A DNA stretch of 64,000 nt from Eledone cirrhosa (GCA_964016885.1 OZ024760.1:9548001-9612000), one strand, 5' to 3'; shown: positions 24,359-37,793, counted from the first letter of the stretch. Program-made: numbers and translations. The notes: generated by a model from the sequence alone, not told the origin.

Positions 24359-25242
24359 TTAATCCTTTAGCATTTAAACTGGCCGTATCTGGTCATAAGA
24401 TTCTCTCACCTCTTTCTCTTCAAACCGGCCGCAACTGGCCACTCGTAGTGATGTTAAGGTATTATTCTCAAAATAAATAATATCAAAAGCTCATAGCTTC
24501 AATATTGTGAGATAATTATGTGAGGTAAAGCCTTTACCGTGAAAATACAATAGTATATGTAGAGTAATGTGAATGTTATGTAAGATATTATGTGAGGTAA
24601 AGCTGTTACCATGAAAATACAATAGTATATATAGAGTAATGTGAATGTTATGTGAGGTAATTATGTGAGGTAAAGCCTTTACCGTGAAAATACAATAGTA
24701 TATATAGAGTATTGTGAATGTTACATAAGATATTATGTGAGATAATTATGTGAGGTAAAGCCTTTATCATGAAAATACAATAGTATATATAGAGTAATGT
24801 AAATGTTATGTAAGATATTATGTGAGATAATTATGTGAGGTAAAGCCTTTATCATGAAAATACAATAGTAAATATAGAGTAATGTAAATGTTATGAAAGA
24901 TATTATGTGAGATAATTATGTGAGGTAAAGCCGTTACCATGAAAATACAATAGTATATATAGAGTGATGTAAATGTTATGTAAGATATTATGTGAGATAA
25001 TTATGTGAGGTAAAGCCTTTACCGTGAAAATACAATAGTATATATAGAGTAATGTAAATGTTATGAAAGATATTATGTGAGATAATTATGTGAGGTAAAG
25101 CTTTTACCATGAAAATACAATAGTATATATAGAGTAATGTAAATGTTATGAAAGATATTATGTGAGATAATTATGTGAGGTAAAGCTTTTACCATGAAAA
25201 TACAATAGTATATATAGAGTGATGTAAATGTTAAAGGGTTAA
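24359..25242. mobile_element. piggyBac-like MITE with internal ~85-bp tandem expansion (~24510-25230)
   Basis: TTAA at both ends, TIRs (T)CCTTTAGCATTTA / TAAATGTTAAAGGG. Confidence 0.75.
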
Positions 25243-25393
25243 AAGCGAAGTGAAGTCAGTTTACTCCTGGAAGGGTGGGGGTGTACAATTTACAGGAGGA
25301 AGTTGTTTCTATGAGGGAACATCAGATAAGTAGACAGTCTCCTAAATATCTGAAGTATTATCATATTGTATTCCTGGCAACAGATCCAGTTAC

Positions 25394-25469
25394 CTTGGAA
25401 ACGGAGATAAATCTCTACTCCAGGTAGAAAGACTTGCTTTGTTGTGAGAGGAGGATAAAGATACTCCTG
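25394..25469 (-). CDS. Candidate exon (GVSLSSSHNKASLSTWSRDLSPFP) of minus-strand gene 1
   Basis: tttctcttag acceptor, AAG/gtaact donor, phases match both neighbours. Confidence 0.5.
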
Positions 25470-25499
25470 CTAAGAGAAATTAGATTATATACTATATAT

Positions 25500-26148
25500 A
25501 GAGTACTATAATACTATGTGATACACTGAGTTATACTCCTGGTAGAGATATGTCATGTGATGCTCAGAGCTGTACTCCTGGTAGAGGGATATATACCATA
25601 TGATACTCAGACAGAGCTGTAATCCTGGTAGATATATATCATGTGATGCTCAGACAGAGTTATATTCCTGGTAGAGGGATAAACCATAAGATACTCAGAC
25701 AGAACTGTAATCCTGGTAGAAAGATATATACCATAAAATACTCAGACAGTGCTACAATCCTGGTAGAGATATATACATATACAATGTGATGCTCAGACAG
25801 AGCTATATTCCGGGTAGAGAGATGTATGTCATATGATCCTCAGAAAAAAACTGTACTCCTGGTAGATAAATATACCATGTGATACTCAGACAGAGCTATA
25901 ATCCTGGTAGAGATATGTCATATGATACTCAGACAGAGCTATATTCCTGGTAGATATATATATATATATATCATGTGATACTCAGACAGAACTCTATTCC
26001 TGGTATATATATATATATATATACCATGTAATGCTCAGACAGAGTTATAATCCTGGTAGAGAGATATGTTATGTGATATTAAGACAGAGCTGTAATCCTG
26101 GTAGAGATATATATATATACAATGTCATGCTCAGACAGCTACAATCCT

Positions 26149-26198
<50 letters not shown>

Positions 26199-26227
26199 AT
26201 GGGATGCTCAGACACAGCTACAATCCT

Positions 26228-26269
<42 letters not shown>

Positions 26270-26392
26270 GTGATACTCAGACAGCTACAATCCTGGTATA
26301 TATATATATATAAAGTGATGCTCAGACAGAGCTATAATCCTGGTATATATATATATATATAATGTGATACTCAGACAGAGCTGTATTCCTGG
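25500..26392. repeat. Divergent ~45-60-bp tandem array with internal (TA)n growth
   Basis: GATACTCAGACAGAGCTATA(A/T)TCCTGGTAGAGATATA-like units filling the putative intron. Confidence 0.85.
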
Positions 26393-26413
26393 TTAAAAAG
26401 AAAATATACTGAC

Positions 26414-26547
26414 ATCTGAACAAGATAGATTCTGAAGACAATTGTTTGAAAAGACACAAGTATTTGTGATTGGTTGATATTTCTGGATGGAAAGGTACAA
26501 ATGTTTCTGATTGGTCAATATTTCTAGGTAAAAAGCCACAAGTATAT
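26414..26547 (-). CDS. Candidate exon (YTCGFLPRNIDQSETFVPFHPEISTNHKYLCLFKQLSSESILFR) of minus-strand gene 1
   Basis: cccag acceptor, gtcagt donor, 44 open codons. Confidence 0.5.
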
Positions 26548-26699
26548 CTGGGTAATACACATATTGTGTATTACCTAAGATATTGTGTGCATGTGTTAGT
26601 ATGTGTGTGTGTGTGAGTGTGTGTGTGTGAGTGTGTGTGTATGTGTTATATAGAAACATGTATAAATGTGTATTGGTACGTTGATATAGAATGCATACA

Positions 26700-26730
26700 A
26701 ACACATATATATATATATATAAACAAACAA

Positions 26731-26765
<35 letters not shown>

Positions 26766-26766
26766 A

Positions 26767-26801
<35 letters not shown>

Positions 26802-26838
26802 AACAAACACACACACACACACATATATATATAAACAA

Positions 26839-26871
<33 letters not shown>

Positions 26872-26882
26872 AACAAACAAAC

Positions 26883-26915
<33 letters not shown>

Positions 26916-26960
26916 AACAAACACACACACACACACACATACATATATATATATAAACAA

Positions 26961-26995
<35 letters not shown>

Positions 26996-27000
26996 AACAA

Positions 27001-27033
<33 letters not shown>

Positions 27034-27038
27034 AACAA

Positions 27039-27069
<31 letters not shown>

Positions 27070-27074
27070 AACAA

Positions 27075-27105
<31 letters not shown>

Positions 27106-27264
27106 AACAAACACACACACACACACACATATATATATAAACAAACAAACACACACACACACATATATAGATATATATATATATAAACAAACACACACAC
27201 ACACACACATATAGATATATATATATATAAACAAACACACACACACACATATATATATAAACAA

Positions 27265-27301
<37 letters not shown>

Positions 27302-27306
27302 AACAA

Positions 27307-27343
<37 letters not shown>

Positions 27344-27348
27344 AACAA

Positions 27349-27387
<39 letters not shown>

Positions 27388-27422
27388 AACAAACACACAC
27401 ACACACATATATATATAAACAA

Positions 27423-27453
<31 letters not shown>

Positions 27454-27462
27454 AACAAACAA

Positions 27463-27497
<35 letters not shown>

Positions 27498-27528
27498 AAC
27501 AAACACATACATATATATATATAAACAA

Positions 27529-27559
<31 letters not shown>

Positions 27560-27561
27560 AA

Positions 27562-27605
<44 letters not shown>

Positions 27606-27615
27606 AACAAACACA
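26700..27615. repeat. Compound higher-order microsatellite [AAAC(AC)n(AT)n]
   Basis: Direct inspection. Confidence 0.92.
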
Positions 27616-28157
27616 TACATATATATAGGCAAGAATGTCTACACACAAACAGGAGGACAATTGGTAAATAGACATAAAAAGGCTGGGATGAAGTAAATAT
27701 GGTAGTGGGAGGTGGAGGGGGAGGGGGTGGTGGTGGTGGTGGTGGAGGTGGAGGGAGTGGTGGTGGAGGGAGTGGTGGTGGTGGAGGGGGTGGTGGTGGA
27801 GGGAGTAGTGGCGGAGGAGGTAGTGGTGGTGGTGGTGGTGGTGGAGTGAGTGGTGGTGGAGGTGGAGGTAGTGGTGGTGGTGGTGGACGAGGTGGAGGTG
27901 GAGGGAGTGGTGGCGGTGGAGGGGGTGGTGGTGGAGGAGGTAGTGGTGGTGGAAGTGGAGGGAGTGGTGGTGGTGGAGGCGGAGGAGGTAGTGGTGGTGG
28001 AGGTGGGGGAGGAAGTGTAGGTGCGGGGAGAAGACAAGCTGGTGGTTAGAGGGGAGGAGGTGACAGAGGTAGGGGGGGGGGGCGTGGAGAGGAGGAAGAG
28101 GAAAAGAATAATAATAATAATAATTGACCAGTTCAGCTATATATATATGTACATACA

Positions 28158-28219
<62 letters not shown>

Positions 28220-29064
28220 AAGAATCTTGCTAAACAAATTCAGAAACGAAATATATACATACATACTTACATATATATATACATACATACATTTATATAT
28301 ATACATATGTATATGGCGGCTGCCAACTCGTTTTCGAGTACGGCCACTACTTTATATCCATGTAGGAGAACCCCTACCGATGTGCTGAACGAGTGTGACT
28401 TTTTAGTCCAGCCAGCGACTTGAAAACTCTGGTAGAAACACTTCACTTGTGACAATTATTGACACATAGTGCTGGGCCCATGGTACCATGTGACGACAAG
28501 TGCTGAGAGATATCCAGATATAAAGCAATGCCTGTGCCGTGAAGCTTTTATAGTGAGCAAAGGCACTGCACAAAGCCAGTCCCACTCTCTTAAAAGAAGA
28601 ACAAGTCAACATCATTGGATACCATCAGGGTTGCAGGTGTTATATCAGAGTTTTCCTTCTCCTAGAATTCTGCCTTGACAAAGGCTAAGGGGTCATCTCT
28701 CCCGGTGATTTTGGATGGCCATTGATTCTTAAGAGCTCCTTTGCCCTTTGACAGGTTTTGTCTTTAGTCCTGCAGGATGTCCAAAGTCACCCTCCTCACC
28801 AAGAAACCTTGGTAGGGTTGCCAGTTTAGTCTCCAACGACCCGACCATGAGACAGGTTGTACTGGGATACATGTTACCAGTAGCATACATATATACATAC
28901 ATACATATATACATACATACATATATAGATATATACATATATATATACATACATACATACATATATATACATACATATTTATACATACGTATATACATAC
29001 ATATATACATACACACATACATACACACATACATATATATACATACATATAAACACATATACAT

Positions 29065-29098
<34 letters not shown>

Positions 29099-29101
29099 AT
29101 T

Positions 29102-29135
<34 letters not shown>

Positions 29136-29392
29136 TACATTCATACATACATATTTACATACATACAAACACACATACATCCATATACTTACACAAACTC
29201 ACATGCACATACACACACACCTGCTGAGCTCCTAAAACATGTAGAAGTCATTAAAGAAAAGCTGGCAGAAATCGGGAATGATAATCTAGAATAAGGGGGA
29301 GACCCCTAGTGAAGGGTCAAAAGGGGTGAAGGATCAAAATCCCTAAGAAAGTAGTACTTGTTAATCGTGACAATTGGTGAGGTACAACTCTT

Positions 29393-30006
29393 CTAACCCT
29401 TTAGCATTTAAACCGGCCGTATCTGGCCAGAATTCCCTCATCTCTTTCTGTTCAAACCGGCTGTAACTGGCTGATCATACTTATGTTAAGGTATTGTTCT
29501 CAAAATAAATAATATCAAAATTTCATAGATTTGATATTATATGGGATAAAGCTTTTACCATGGAAATACAATAGTAAATATAGAGTAATCATCATCATCA
29601 TCATCATCATTTTACGTCCGCTTTTCCCTGCTTGCAAGGGTGGGACGGGAACTGATTCTGGCTTGATTTCTACAGCTGGATGCCCTTCCTAACACCAACC
29701 TCATTTACAGTGAGTGCTGGGTGCTTTTTTGCCGTTGCATCTCCACGTCCACTTTACAGTGTGGGCTGCGTGCTTTTTTGCCGTGGCCCCTCCACGACCA
29801 CTTTGCAGTGGAATGATATGGACCCCAGTCCCTATCATCTCATTTCTACAGCTGAGTAAACTGGAGCAATGTGAAATAAAGTGTCTTGCTCAAGGAAACT
29901 ACACATCACCCGGTCTGAGAATTGAACTCACAACCTTTCGATTGCAAAGCCAATGCTCTAACCACTAAGCCATGTGCCTCCATTAATGTAAATGCTAAAG
30001 GGTTAA
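29393..30006. mobile_element. piggyBac-like MITE interrupted by a SINE A insertion (29590-29982, minus)
   Basis: TIRs CCCTTTAGCATTTA / TAAATGCTAAAGGG-TTAA; SINE flanked by TAAT. Confidence 0.8.
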
Positions 30007-30343
30007 TAAAAAAATATCTTTCCCTATCACATATAAGTTATGTATATAATTGTTTCTACTGTTTTGGCACAAGGCCAGCAATTACCCAGTGTATTACTGG
30101 TACTTTATTTTATCAACCCCCGTAAGGATGAAAGGCAAAGTTAACCTCGGCGGGATTTGAACTCAGAATGGCAAGGGCCGAAACTCTATGCGTCAAAGCA
30201 TGGCGCCCGACCCTCTACCGATTCTGCCAATTCATGTATATAATGAGGTAGGGGAAGAGAGTTACTATTAAATGTCTTCATTTTTTTAATAGCCATGCTT
30301 ACGGAAGTAAATCTAATCCACATGCCACCACCATAGATGAAAC

Positions 30344-30453
30344 TTAAGGGTCAGACGACTTTGTGGTCCTGGCCGACAGGATGCAGAAGATATTGTTCCG
30401 GAGGATAGTGAAGGAGATGTACTGAAGCAGCCACTCCACCTTCTAATTATAGC
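30344..30453 (-). CDS. Candidate exon (AIIRRWSGCFSTSPSLSSGTISSASCRPGPQSRLTL) of minus-strand gene 1
   Basis: tctttcag acceptor; weak gtttca donor; phases 0/2 fit the neighbours. Confidence 0.35.
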
Positions 30454-31539
30454 CTGAAAGATTATGTTGTTTGCTGTTGAAAAGATTACAACAGGAACTG
30501 GACCATAAACATAGAAAAGAAGAGGCAGGTTTTCAGAAAGGAAGCTCATACAATGAACAAATATTCACACTAAAACAAAGGATAGCCAAAGGTGCTGGAG
30601 TATTCAACAAACTCCAATCAATATAACAATCACAGAAGCTCACAAAAAAAAGCAAAATTAAGGTTATTCTGGTCAATTATTATCTCAACAACAACCTATC
30701 CCATTGATGCATGGAAGAGTATATCCAGAACTGAAAAACTGAAAAGATGCTTCCGAAAAATGCTGGGCATTAGATGGCAAGATAAGATCACAAATGAAGA
30801 TGGGCTTCAAAGAACCAATGCCACATGCCTGAGTCTTGTCAGCAAGGAGGGCATGTTTCACAAATGCAGGACAATATACCAATAATACCAGCAAGAACTG
30901 CAATGTCTTGGTTGCCAGCTAGAGGTAAAAGATCAAAAGATAGGCCAAAGAAGTAGAACCAGATGTACACACACACACATGCATACATACAGACAGACAT
31001 ACAAATATATAAGATTTCACAGCTCTAGCATCACTCCTTCCTTCATAGTCAGCCTAAGAATTATTCAGCTGACCCTTGTAAAACAGGGCAGTTTGACACA
31101 GGTTTCTATCAAAAGGGTTAATAAAGGTTCTTTTGTCAGAAAGTTAAAGGGTCCAGAAGTCTGAAGGAGTGTCCAGGTAGATGTTCATGTAGAATCAGGG
31201 TAAATGCAATTCCACAATGAAGATCCGAAGGACATACCTATAGGATTTGAGGTGTCCACATAAGTATTGATGTGATGTTAGTCCTTCATCAGAAAATAGA
31301 ACGAGAAATTAAAGAAGAAATAGAAAGTGGAGAATAATTAGAGGCAGGAATGAAAAAAATGTCTGAGAAAAAGAAAGTCTGTTCATTTCACCATTTCTAA
31401 TTTCTCAGTCTAATTCTGATAAAAGGCCAGCACCCAAAATATTATGACTTTTCCTACTATATTAAGCATGAAACTAATATATTTCTTCATTGTACTTCAT
31501 CATCTGTTGTGCTTTTTGCATTTACTTTTCCCACTGACC

Positions 31540-31595
<56 letters not shown>

Positions 31596-31603
31596 TACAT
31601 ATA

Positions 31604-32335
31604 TACGAGGGTGCTTCAAAAAGTTTGTGGAAAAAGAACAGTTGAAAAAAGAACGGTTTAAGTTATAATTGTTTCTACTTTTGGCACAAGGCCAGCAATT
31701 ACCCAATGCATTACTGGTACTTTATTCTATCGACCCCGGAAGGATGAAAGGCAAAGTTAACCTCGGCGGGATTTGAACTCAGATCATACAGGGAGGTAAC
31801 TCTATGCTTCAAAGCATGGCATCCGACCCTCTACCGATACTGCCAATCCACCGCCTTGTTAAGTTATAATGTTTATTTTTCGACATATGGTCCCTCTAGG
31901 CCAACAGACTTCTGTAAGTGTTGATACCAGCCTTTAAGTCCATCTGTGTAAAACTGAGGGCCATGTGATTTAAACCATGTCAAAGCAGCTTTTCTTTACA
32001 TCTTCGACTGGGGATCATCTTTAACCTCATCTCTTCCACTTCTAAAACAACTTATCCATTTGTAGGCTGTTGATTTCTTTGGGGCATTGTCCCCATAAAC
32101 TTGCTCTAGAGCGTCAATGATTTGGCTGTTCCTCCACCCTAGCTTCACCATGGATTTGATGTTTTGATGGAGGCCATGTTGCTCGAGCGGGTGCTGCATT
32201 GCAACATGCATTTTAGGGTTCATATTAGATCATGTTATAAACACGTTAATACAAGAACATACAGATGCATTGAGATCAAAATCTCTGCAAATGATTTTTA
32301 GCTATGTACCATAAATGTTTTGAACTCCCTTTGTA
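31604..32335 (-). mobile_element. Internally deleted mariner (Hsmar2/irritans-like) with nested SINE B
   Basis: N-terminus NIKSMVKLGWRNSQIIDALEQVYGDNAPKKSTAYKWI fused to C-terminus AALTWFKSHGPQFYTDGLKGWY...GPYVEK*; TA-flanked TIRs; SINE ~31668-31855 with TSD TTAAGTTATAAT. Confidence 0.9.
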
Positions 32336-32398
32336 TATATAAATGGTCGCATTCTTTAAGGGTATGTCAATATTTATTTAAAAAACTGCTCTATATTA

Positions 32399-32463
32399 TA
32401 TTTTATCTGATGAAAGCACACCATAATTTAACTTGGTGTCCTTGAAATATGTATAATGAAATA
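32399..32463 (+). ncRNA. Type I hammerhead ribozyme (family H3)
   Basis: tattttat-CTGATGA-aagcacacca...tggtgtcctt-GAAA-tatgta-TA-atgaaata; ends at (TA)n; sister copy at 63581-63643. Confidence 0.78.
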
Positions 32464-32522
32464 AATATGGTTTTATAAATATAGTTTCCATTTGTTAATA
32501 TATCATATATATATATATATTT

Positions 32523-32592
<70 letters not shown>

Positions 32593-32832
32593 ATAAATTA
32601 TTGAGATTCGCATTTCGGCCCACGAAATAACGAAAAACAACCTCCGAGATGTGCGGCAAGTGCTCAATGATTCAGAAGAACCAGAGCTATAACGAACATT
32701 AAAGGCCAAACACACTGAGACGATGGTTAAACAATCATTCGCATAGCCAAAAAAAAAAAACGATCAAGCAATTCGGGTATTGAAAATTTACCCGGACCCT
32801 GGAAGGTTGGTAAAATCCAGTATATATATATA

Positions 32833-33150
32833 TACGAAGATAGGCTGAAAAGTTCAGAGCTTGACTATAAAGGAGTGATGCTAGAGCTGTGAAATTTTGC
32901 ATGCATTAATTTCAACACTTCTTATTCATAACTGCATTGTTTGCAGGAACTATATTGAAAAATAAATCTCATTTGGTCATTCCATGAGAGTATCTTGGTC
33001 ATAGATAATCTCAATAATCTCATGGAATGACCAAATGGGGTTTATTTTTCTACATAGTCCCTGGAAGAGTTGAAATTAATGCATGCGAGATTTCACAGCT
33101 CTAGCATCACTCCTTCCTTCATAGTCAGCCTAATAATTATTCAGCTAACC
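32833..33150. mobile_element. Mariner-derived MITE fragments in inverted orientation
   Basis: TACGAAGATAGGCTGAAAAGTTC terminus, NY(I/V)EK* remnant; same family at 46413-47020. Confidence 0.65.
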
Positions 33151-33682
33151 CTAGTAAAACAGGGCAGTTAGACAGAGGTTTCTATCAAAAGGGTTAACAA
33201 ACGTTCTTTTGTCAGAAAGTTATTTTTCCAATTTCGAAAGAGGATTTGCTATGATTTTCCATTTATTTGCTTTGCTGAAGAATCTGTGAAGGGAATATTT
33301 GAGAGATCACTTCAAATATTTGTACAGAGGTCTTCTGCTGAACTTGCTATGACTTGTGTATTTACAAAGGTCGATCTAGTTCCTCCTTTACCCTCAATTA
33401 CTTTACTTCATCCCCTATCTCCTCCGAGTTAAATCAGTTCAGACCACGTTGGCTTTTCACTTGACTTTACTTAATAGTTAAAGCTGAGTTGGGGGCTGCA
33501 CTGAAAATAGCATTGGACTTAGAGAGGCCACTCAGTATATTTGGTGGGCTTGTTTGGGGAATACATTCGTGTGTGTGTGTGCGTATGTGCGTGCGTGTGT
33601 GTGTGTGTGTTTGTAGTTTGGATATATATATATAGAAAGAGAAAGAGAGAGAGTGAGAGGAAGAGAAAGAGAGAGTGAGATA

Positions 33683-33724
<42 letters not shown>

Positions 33725-34689
33725 GAGAAAGAGAAAGAGAGAGTGAGAGGAAGAGAAACAGAAAGAGAGAGAGAGTGAGATAAAGAGAAAGAGAGATAAA
33801 GAGAAAGAGTGAGATAAAGAGAAAGAGAGAGGGAAGATAGAGAGATAGAGAGGGAAGATAGAGATATACACACACGCTTAGGGAATATATTCATGTGTGT
33901 GTGTGTGTGTAGTTTCCACAGGGACTCGTTACCACAAGGACTCGAGAAATTAAGACATTAGTTTTCTCACCATTATGGCTTGGCAGTATCGGTAGAGGCT
34001 CGGACACCATGCTTTGCAGCATAGTTACGTCCCTTTACGATCTGAGTTCAAATCCCGCCGAGGTTGACTTTGCCTTTCATCCTTACGGGGTCGATAAAAT
34101 AAAAGTACCAGTAATGCACTGAGTAATTGCTGGCCTTGTGCCTAAAGTAGAAACAATTATGGCGTCAGACGTGGCTGCCATATTGGTGACTCTGGGTTCT
34201 TCAATGCTAGACTTCGACTCTACAGAAGATTCATTGTGACTTTGCTTTAACAACAACAACAACAACTCTACTAGCTCGTTCCCAAAGAAAAAAGAAGCGA
34301 ACTTTTTGTTAAAAGAAAAGAAACAATTCTTTCTTTCTTTTTTTTTTTTTTCAGGCATTTATTTTGGACATTTATTTTTTTTAAAACTGTATTATATGAA
34401 AATTCATTTCTCTCTATCATTGTATATGTGACCGCACGCACATATTTTCTTTGCTGTATTACATGCATGCATATATACACACACCAACAGGTTGTTGTCT
34501 ATGGTATGTGATCTTCAAGCGTCGTAATATTCTGCGAGATCCCTTTTCACCTTCTGGAGGTACCAAAACATGCTATCGACACTTGCAGCTTAATTCACCT
34601 GCACCGCACCACGGGAATGCTAATTGCAGCTGAACTCAAACAGTTTCGCATCTCATTGCACATTCATTGTCCATAACAACCTCTATCTT

Positions 34690-35930
34690 CATTTCATTTC
34701 ATTTGAGTTTGAGTCCATGCTCAGGCCAAGTCGAAGACTCCACCCTCAGAGTCTGGTGTGGTTGCCAGGTTGGATTCTCTGTTTAATTTTGACATGTGTA
34801 GGAGCGAGTTTGAGTCAGTTTGTGCTCGTTGTGTATATCCTGAGAGATGGGGTTCATCTCTAATGGTGCTTAAGTATCTATCCAGCTGCAATTTGAATGA
34901 TTCCACACTGCATCCTGATAGATTTCTGACATGTACCGGAATGGAGTTGAATAGTTGTGCCCCTCGAACCAACAGACTTGACTCTCGCAGGGTTTTTGCT
35001 GCCTGGCCAGCCCTTTTGTTGATTGATGGTAGCTGGCAGCATCTTCCGTGGCGCAGTGAGTGGTAGGTTTTGAAACCAAAGTTTGGCACCTTTTGCTCTA
35101 TCATTTTCCAAATGTATATAATTCGGTATCGCTCAAATCTTCTTTCTATTGAGTACATCTTCAAGGTTTTGAGTCTTTGCCAATAGTCCAGGTCCCTCGT
35201 TTCTGAGAAGTATGAGGTAAAATTTCTTTGGAGCGATTCCATCTTAGATAGTTGGCTCTTTGTTGTTGGTGACCACAACTGAGAACAGTAGTCAATCCTC
35301 GGAATATCATACTGTTCCAGAGGGTTTTCATTGTTGAGGTATCTCTTGATTTGAAGGTGCGCAAGATCCACCCGCTGTACTTTCTTGCAGTAAGACAGAC
35401 TGAGTCAAGGTGTTCTCTGAATTTTAGGCTGGTTCCCATGTGGATGCCTAAATCTTTCACACACTGATTTTCCATTATTTGTTGTCCTGATGGGTTTCTG
35501 TAATTTGTTGTATTTTTCAGATCTTGATCTGTTCCGTAGCGAATTAGTTCAAACTTCTTATCATTGAACAACATGTTGTTTGTTTCCTGCCATTTGTATA
35601 TGGTGGTTAGGTCCTTTTGTAAGGCCTCTGTATCCACCTCGTCTTTGATTTGTCTCATGACCCTGGTGTCATCAGCAAAGGATGAGACGCTGCTGGTTGT
35701 ATCTTCATCTATGTCAGAGATGAGGATGAGAAACAGGATCGGGCCGAGTACTGTACCCTGAGGAACACTGCTGGTCACAGGTGATGGTATTGAATGGGTT
35801 CCATTCACAGTGACTGTTTGAGTTCTATTTGTAAGGAACTCATGTATCCATGTACCAACTTTTCCTCCTACTCCTAGCTTTCGAAATTTGTGTCCCAGGA
35901 TACCATGATCTACCTTGTCAAATGCCTTGT
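34690..35930 (-). mobile_element. 5'-truncated CR1/Jockey-group LINE with RT domain (one frameshift)
   Basis: AFDKVDH...VPQGTVLGPILF...FADDT...KDLGI...PRIDYCSQLWSP...RRFERY; (ATGAA)n tail. Confidence 0.92.
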
Positions 35931-35947
35931 TATCTTACCCAACTCAC

Positions 35948-36030
35948 CGGGAAAACAACAAATAGAACTGGACTTGTCAGCATTTCCACCACTTCTGTGG
36001 ATTCGCCCAAATTGTGGGACTGCAACCCAC
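35948..36030 (-). CDS. Candidate exon 2 (GLQSHNLGESTEVVEMLTSPVLFVVFP) of minus-strand gene 1
   Basis: ctgtag acceptor, CCG/gtgagt donor, phase 1 matches exon 1. Confidence 0.4.
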
Positions 36031-36160
36031 CTACAGATTCAGCTTGCTTTCTTTTCTTATCAAAGCAACCAGCCATTTCTTCCTGGCCTCCTAGCACATT
36101 CGGCAATACATCTGGGAGGCCAACATTTTCTCGCCTACCCATCATCTTCTTGCCAGCACT

Positions 36161-36350
36161 GGTAAACTACCATAATAGCTTCGTCCACAGCTACTGGTAC
36201 AACACTTACCATTAACATTTAATGGTAAACTACCATAATAGCTTCTTCCACAGCTACTGGTACAACACTTACCATTAACATTTAATGGTAAACTACCATA
36301 ATAGCTTCGTCCACAGCTACTGGTACAACACTTACCATCAACATTTAATG
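36161..36350. repeat. 63-bp unit x3 containing a G/gtaagt splice donor
   Basis: CTTACC at 36205, 36268 and 36331. Confidence 0.9.
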
Positions 36351-36372
36351 CAAGAACAGCAACTTCGCCCAT
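36336..36372 (-). CDS. Candidate first coding exon (MGEVAVLALNVD) of minus-strand gene 1, uncharacterised protein
   Basis: ATG in GACATGG context just downstream of the CpG-rich promoter; G/gtaagt donor. Confidence 0.5.
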
Positions 36373-36399
36373 GTCAGACTTTATCCGTTTTCTGTTAGA

Positions 36400-36744
36400 C
36401 CTTTGGTGGTCACGTATAAACTACAAAACGGCTAGTCATTTGACAGCGGCTCAACACGGCCCGTAGCGCCTCATTTTTTTTCTTGCATGCATCCTTCTGC
36501 TCAATTATTTTTTCACTGATGTGCTCTTTCAGCATTTGTTCTTGCTGATTCAATAATCTGTATCGACTTCCGTCTAGAAGGGGGTATTGTAGTGACCTAC
36601 AATCCGCGGGCTCACATACATTCTCTGTGCGTGATTTGGCTCAGCTCAGCCAATCAGCGCCAGGAGAAGAGGATGTATCCCTGCGCGTCCTTACGGAGAG
36701 ATAGCCCGCGAAGATTTGAGGAATCTAACACTTGCAGCTTGACC
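36400..36744. promoter_or_regulatory. Probable bidirectional Pol II promoter
   Basis: Unusually CpG-rich unique segment; NF-Y box AGCCAATCAG 36648-36657, ETS-like ACTTCCG 36566-36572; divergent ATG+donor pairs on both sides. Confidence 0.6.
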
Positions 36745-36752
36745 ATGCTAAG
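36745..36752 (+). CDS. Candidate first coding micro-exon (ML-R) of a plus-strand gene
   Basis: GACCATG start followed by AAG/gtaaac donor. Confidence 0.35.
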
Positions 36753-37590
36753 GTAAACACCACTTGTTCTTTTGCTCCGTAAGCATAAACAATATGTAAC
36801 GACACAACAATTTTACTACGGACCTGGCCAAACGCCTCAGCCAGTCGACCGTATTTTCTCTTGTAATCTTAATTGAATTATTTCATTATTCTTGGCATGC
36901 CAACTTAATTCACTTCTTAACCTTTGTTAATAAATTATGTAAAAACAAGCTAAAGTCGTTGTCGATATTCCTATCATATCTTTCTACCAAAGGTGGTTCC
37001 TCGTGGCAACATTACCACTCTCTAAATATAATGCTCTGCTAAAAATATATTTATGTGTGTGTGTGTAGTTTGAATATATATATGTAATGAAAAAGAGAGA
37101 GAGAGAGAGGAAGATAGAGATAAACACATACACACACACGCTTGGGGAATATATCTCCATGTGTGTGTGTGTAGTTTGAATATATATATGTAATGAAAGA
37201 GGGAGAGAGAGAAGGAAGATAGAGATAAACACAGACACACACACGCACACACGCTTGGGGAATATATCTCCATGTGTGTGTGTGTGTGTAGTTTGAATAT
37301 ATATATATGTAATGAAAGAGGGAGAGAGAGAGAGGAAGATAGAGATAAACAAATACACACCTGTCCGTTGTTGTCTTGTTTTATATCCATTGTATTTTTA
37401 TCCTGAACAGCTCTCTTTCTTTAGAGGCTGTTGGTGAACTGGTGAGAGTGGAACTGTCATTTAGCACCCCAAACTACTAAGACCCCAGTAGATAGCTGAT
37501 GAATGAGAAATCTCCATGTTTGCTCTATGTCTTATTATTGTTGTATCTGACAAAACCTATTTTTGATATTTAAACAAATAGTTTACTACT

Positions 37591-37629
<39 letters not shown>

Positions 37630-37793
37630 ATTTGTTTCAGCTCTCTGAGTTCAAATTCTGTGGAGATCAACTTTGATTTTCCTCCATTCAAGGTCGCTAA
37701 AAAAGTACCAGACTAATAGTGGGGTCGATTCTTCCTCTATATCCTTTCTCACTCTCTCTCTCTCCTTCTCTGGAAGAAATCTGCTGTACTCAG

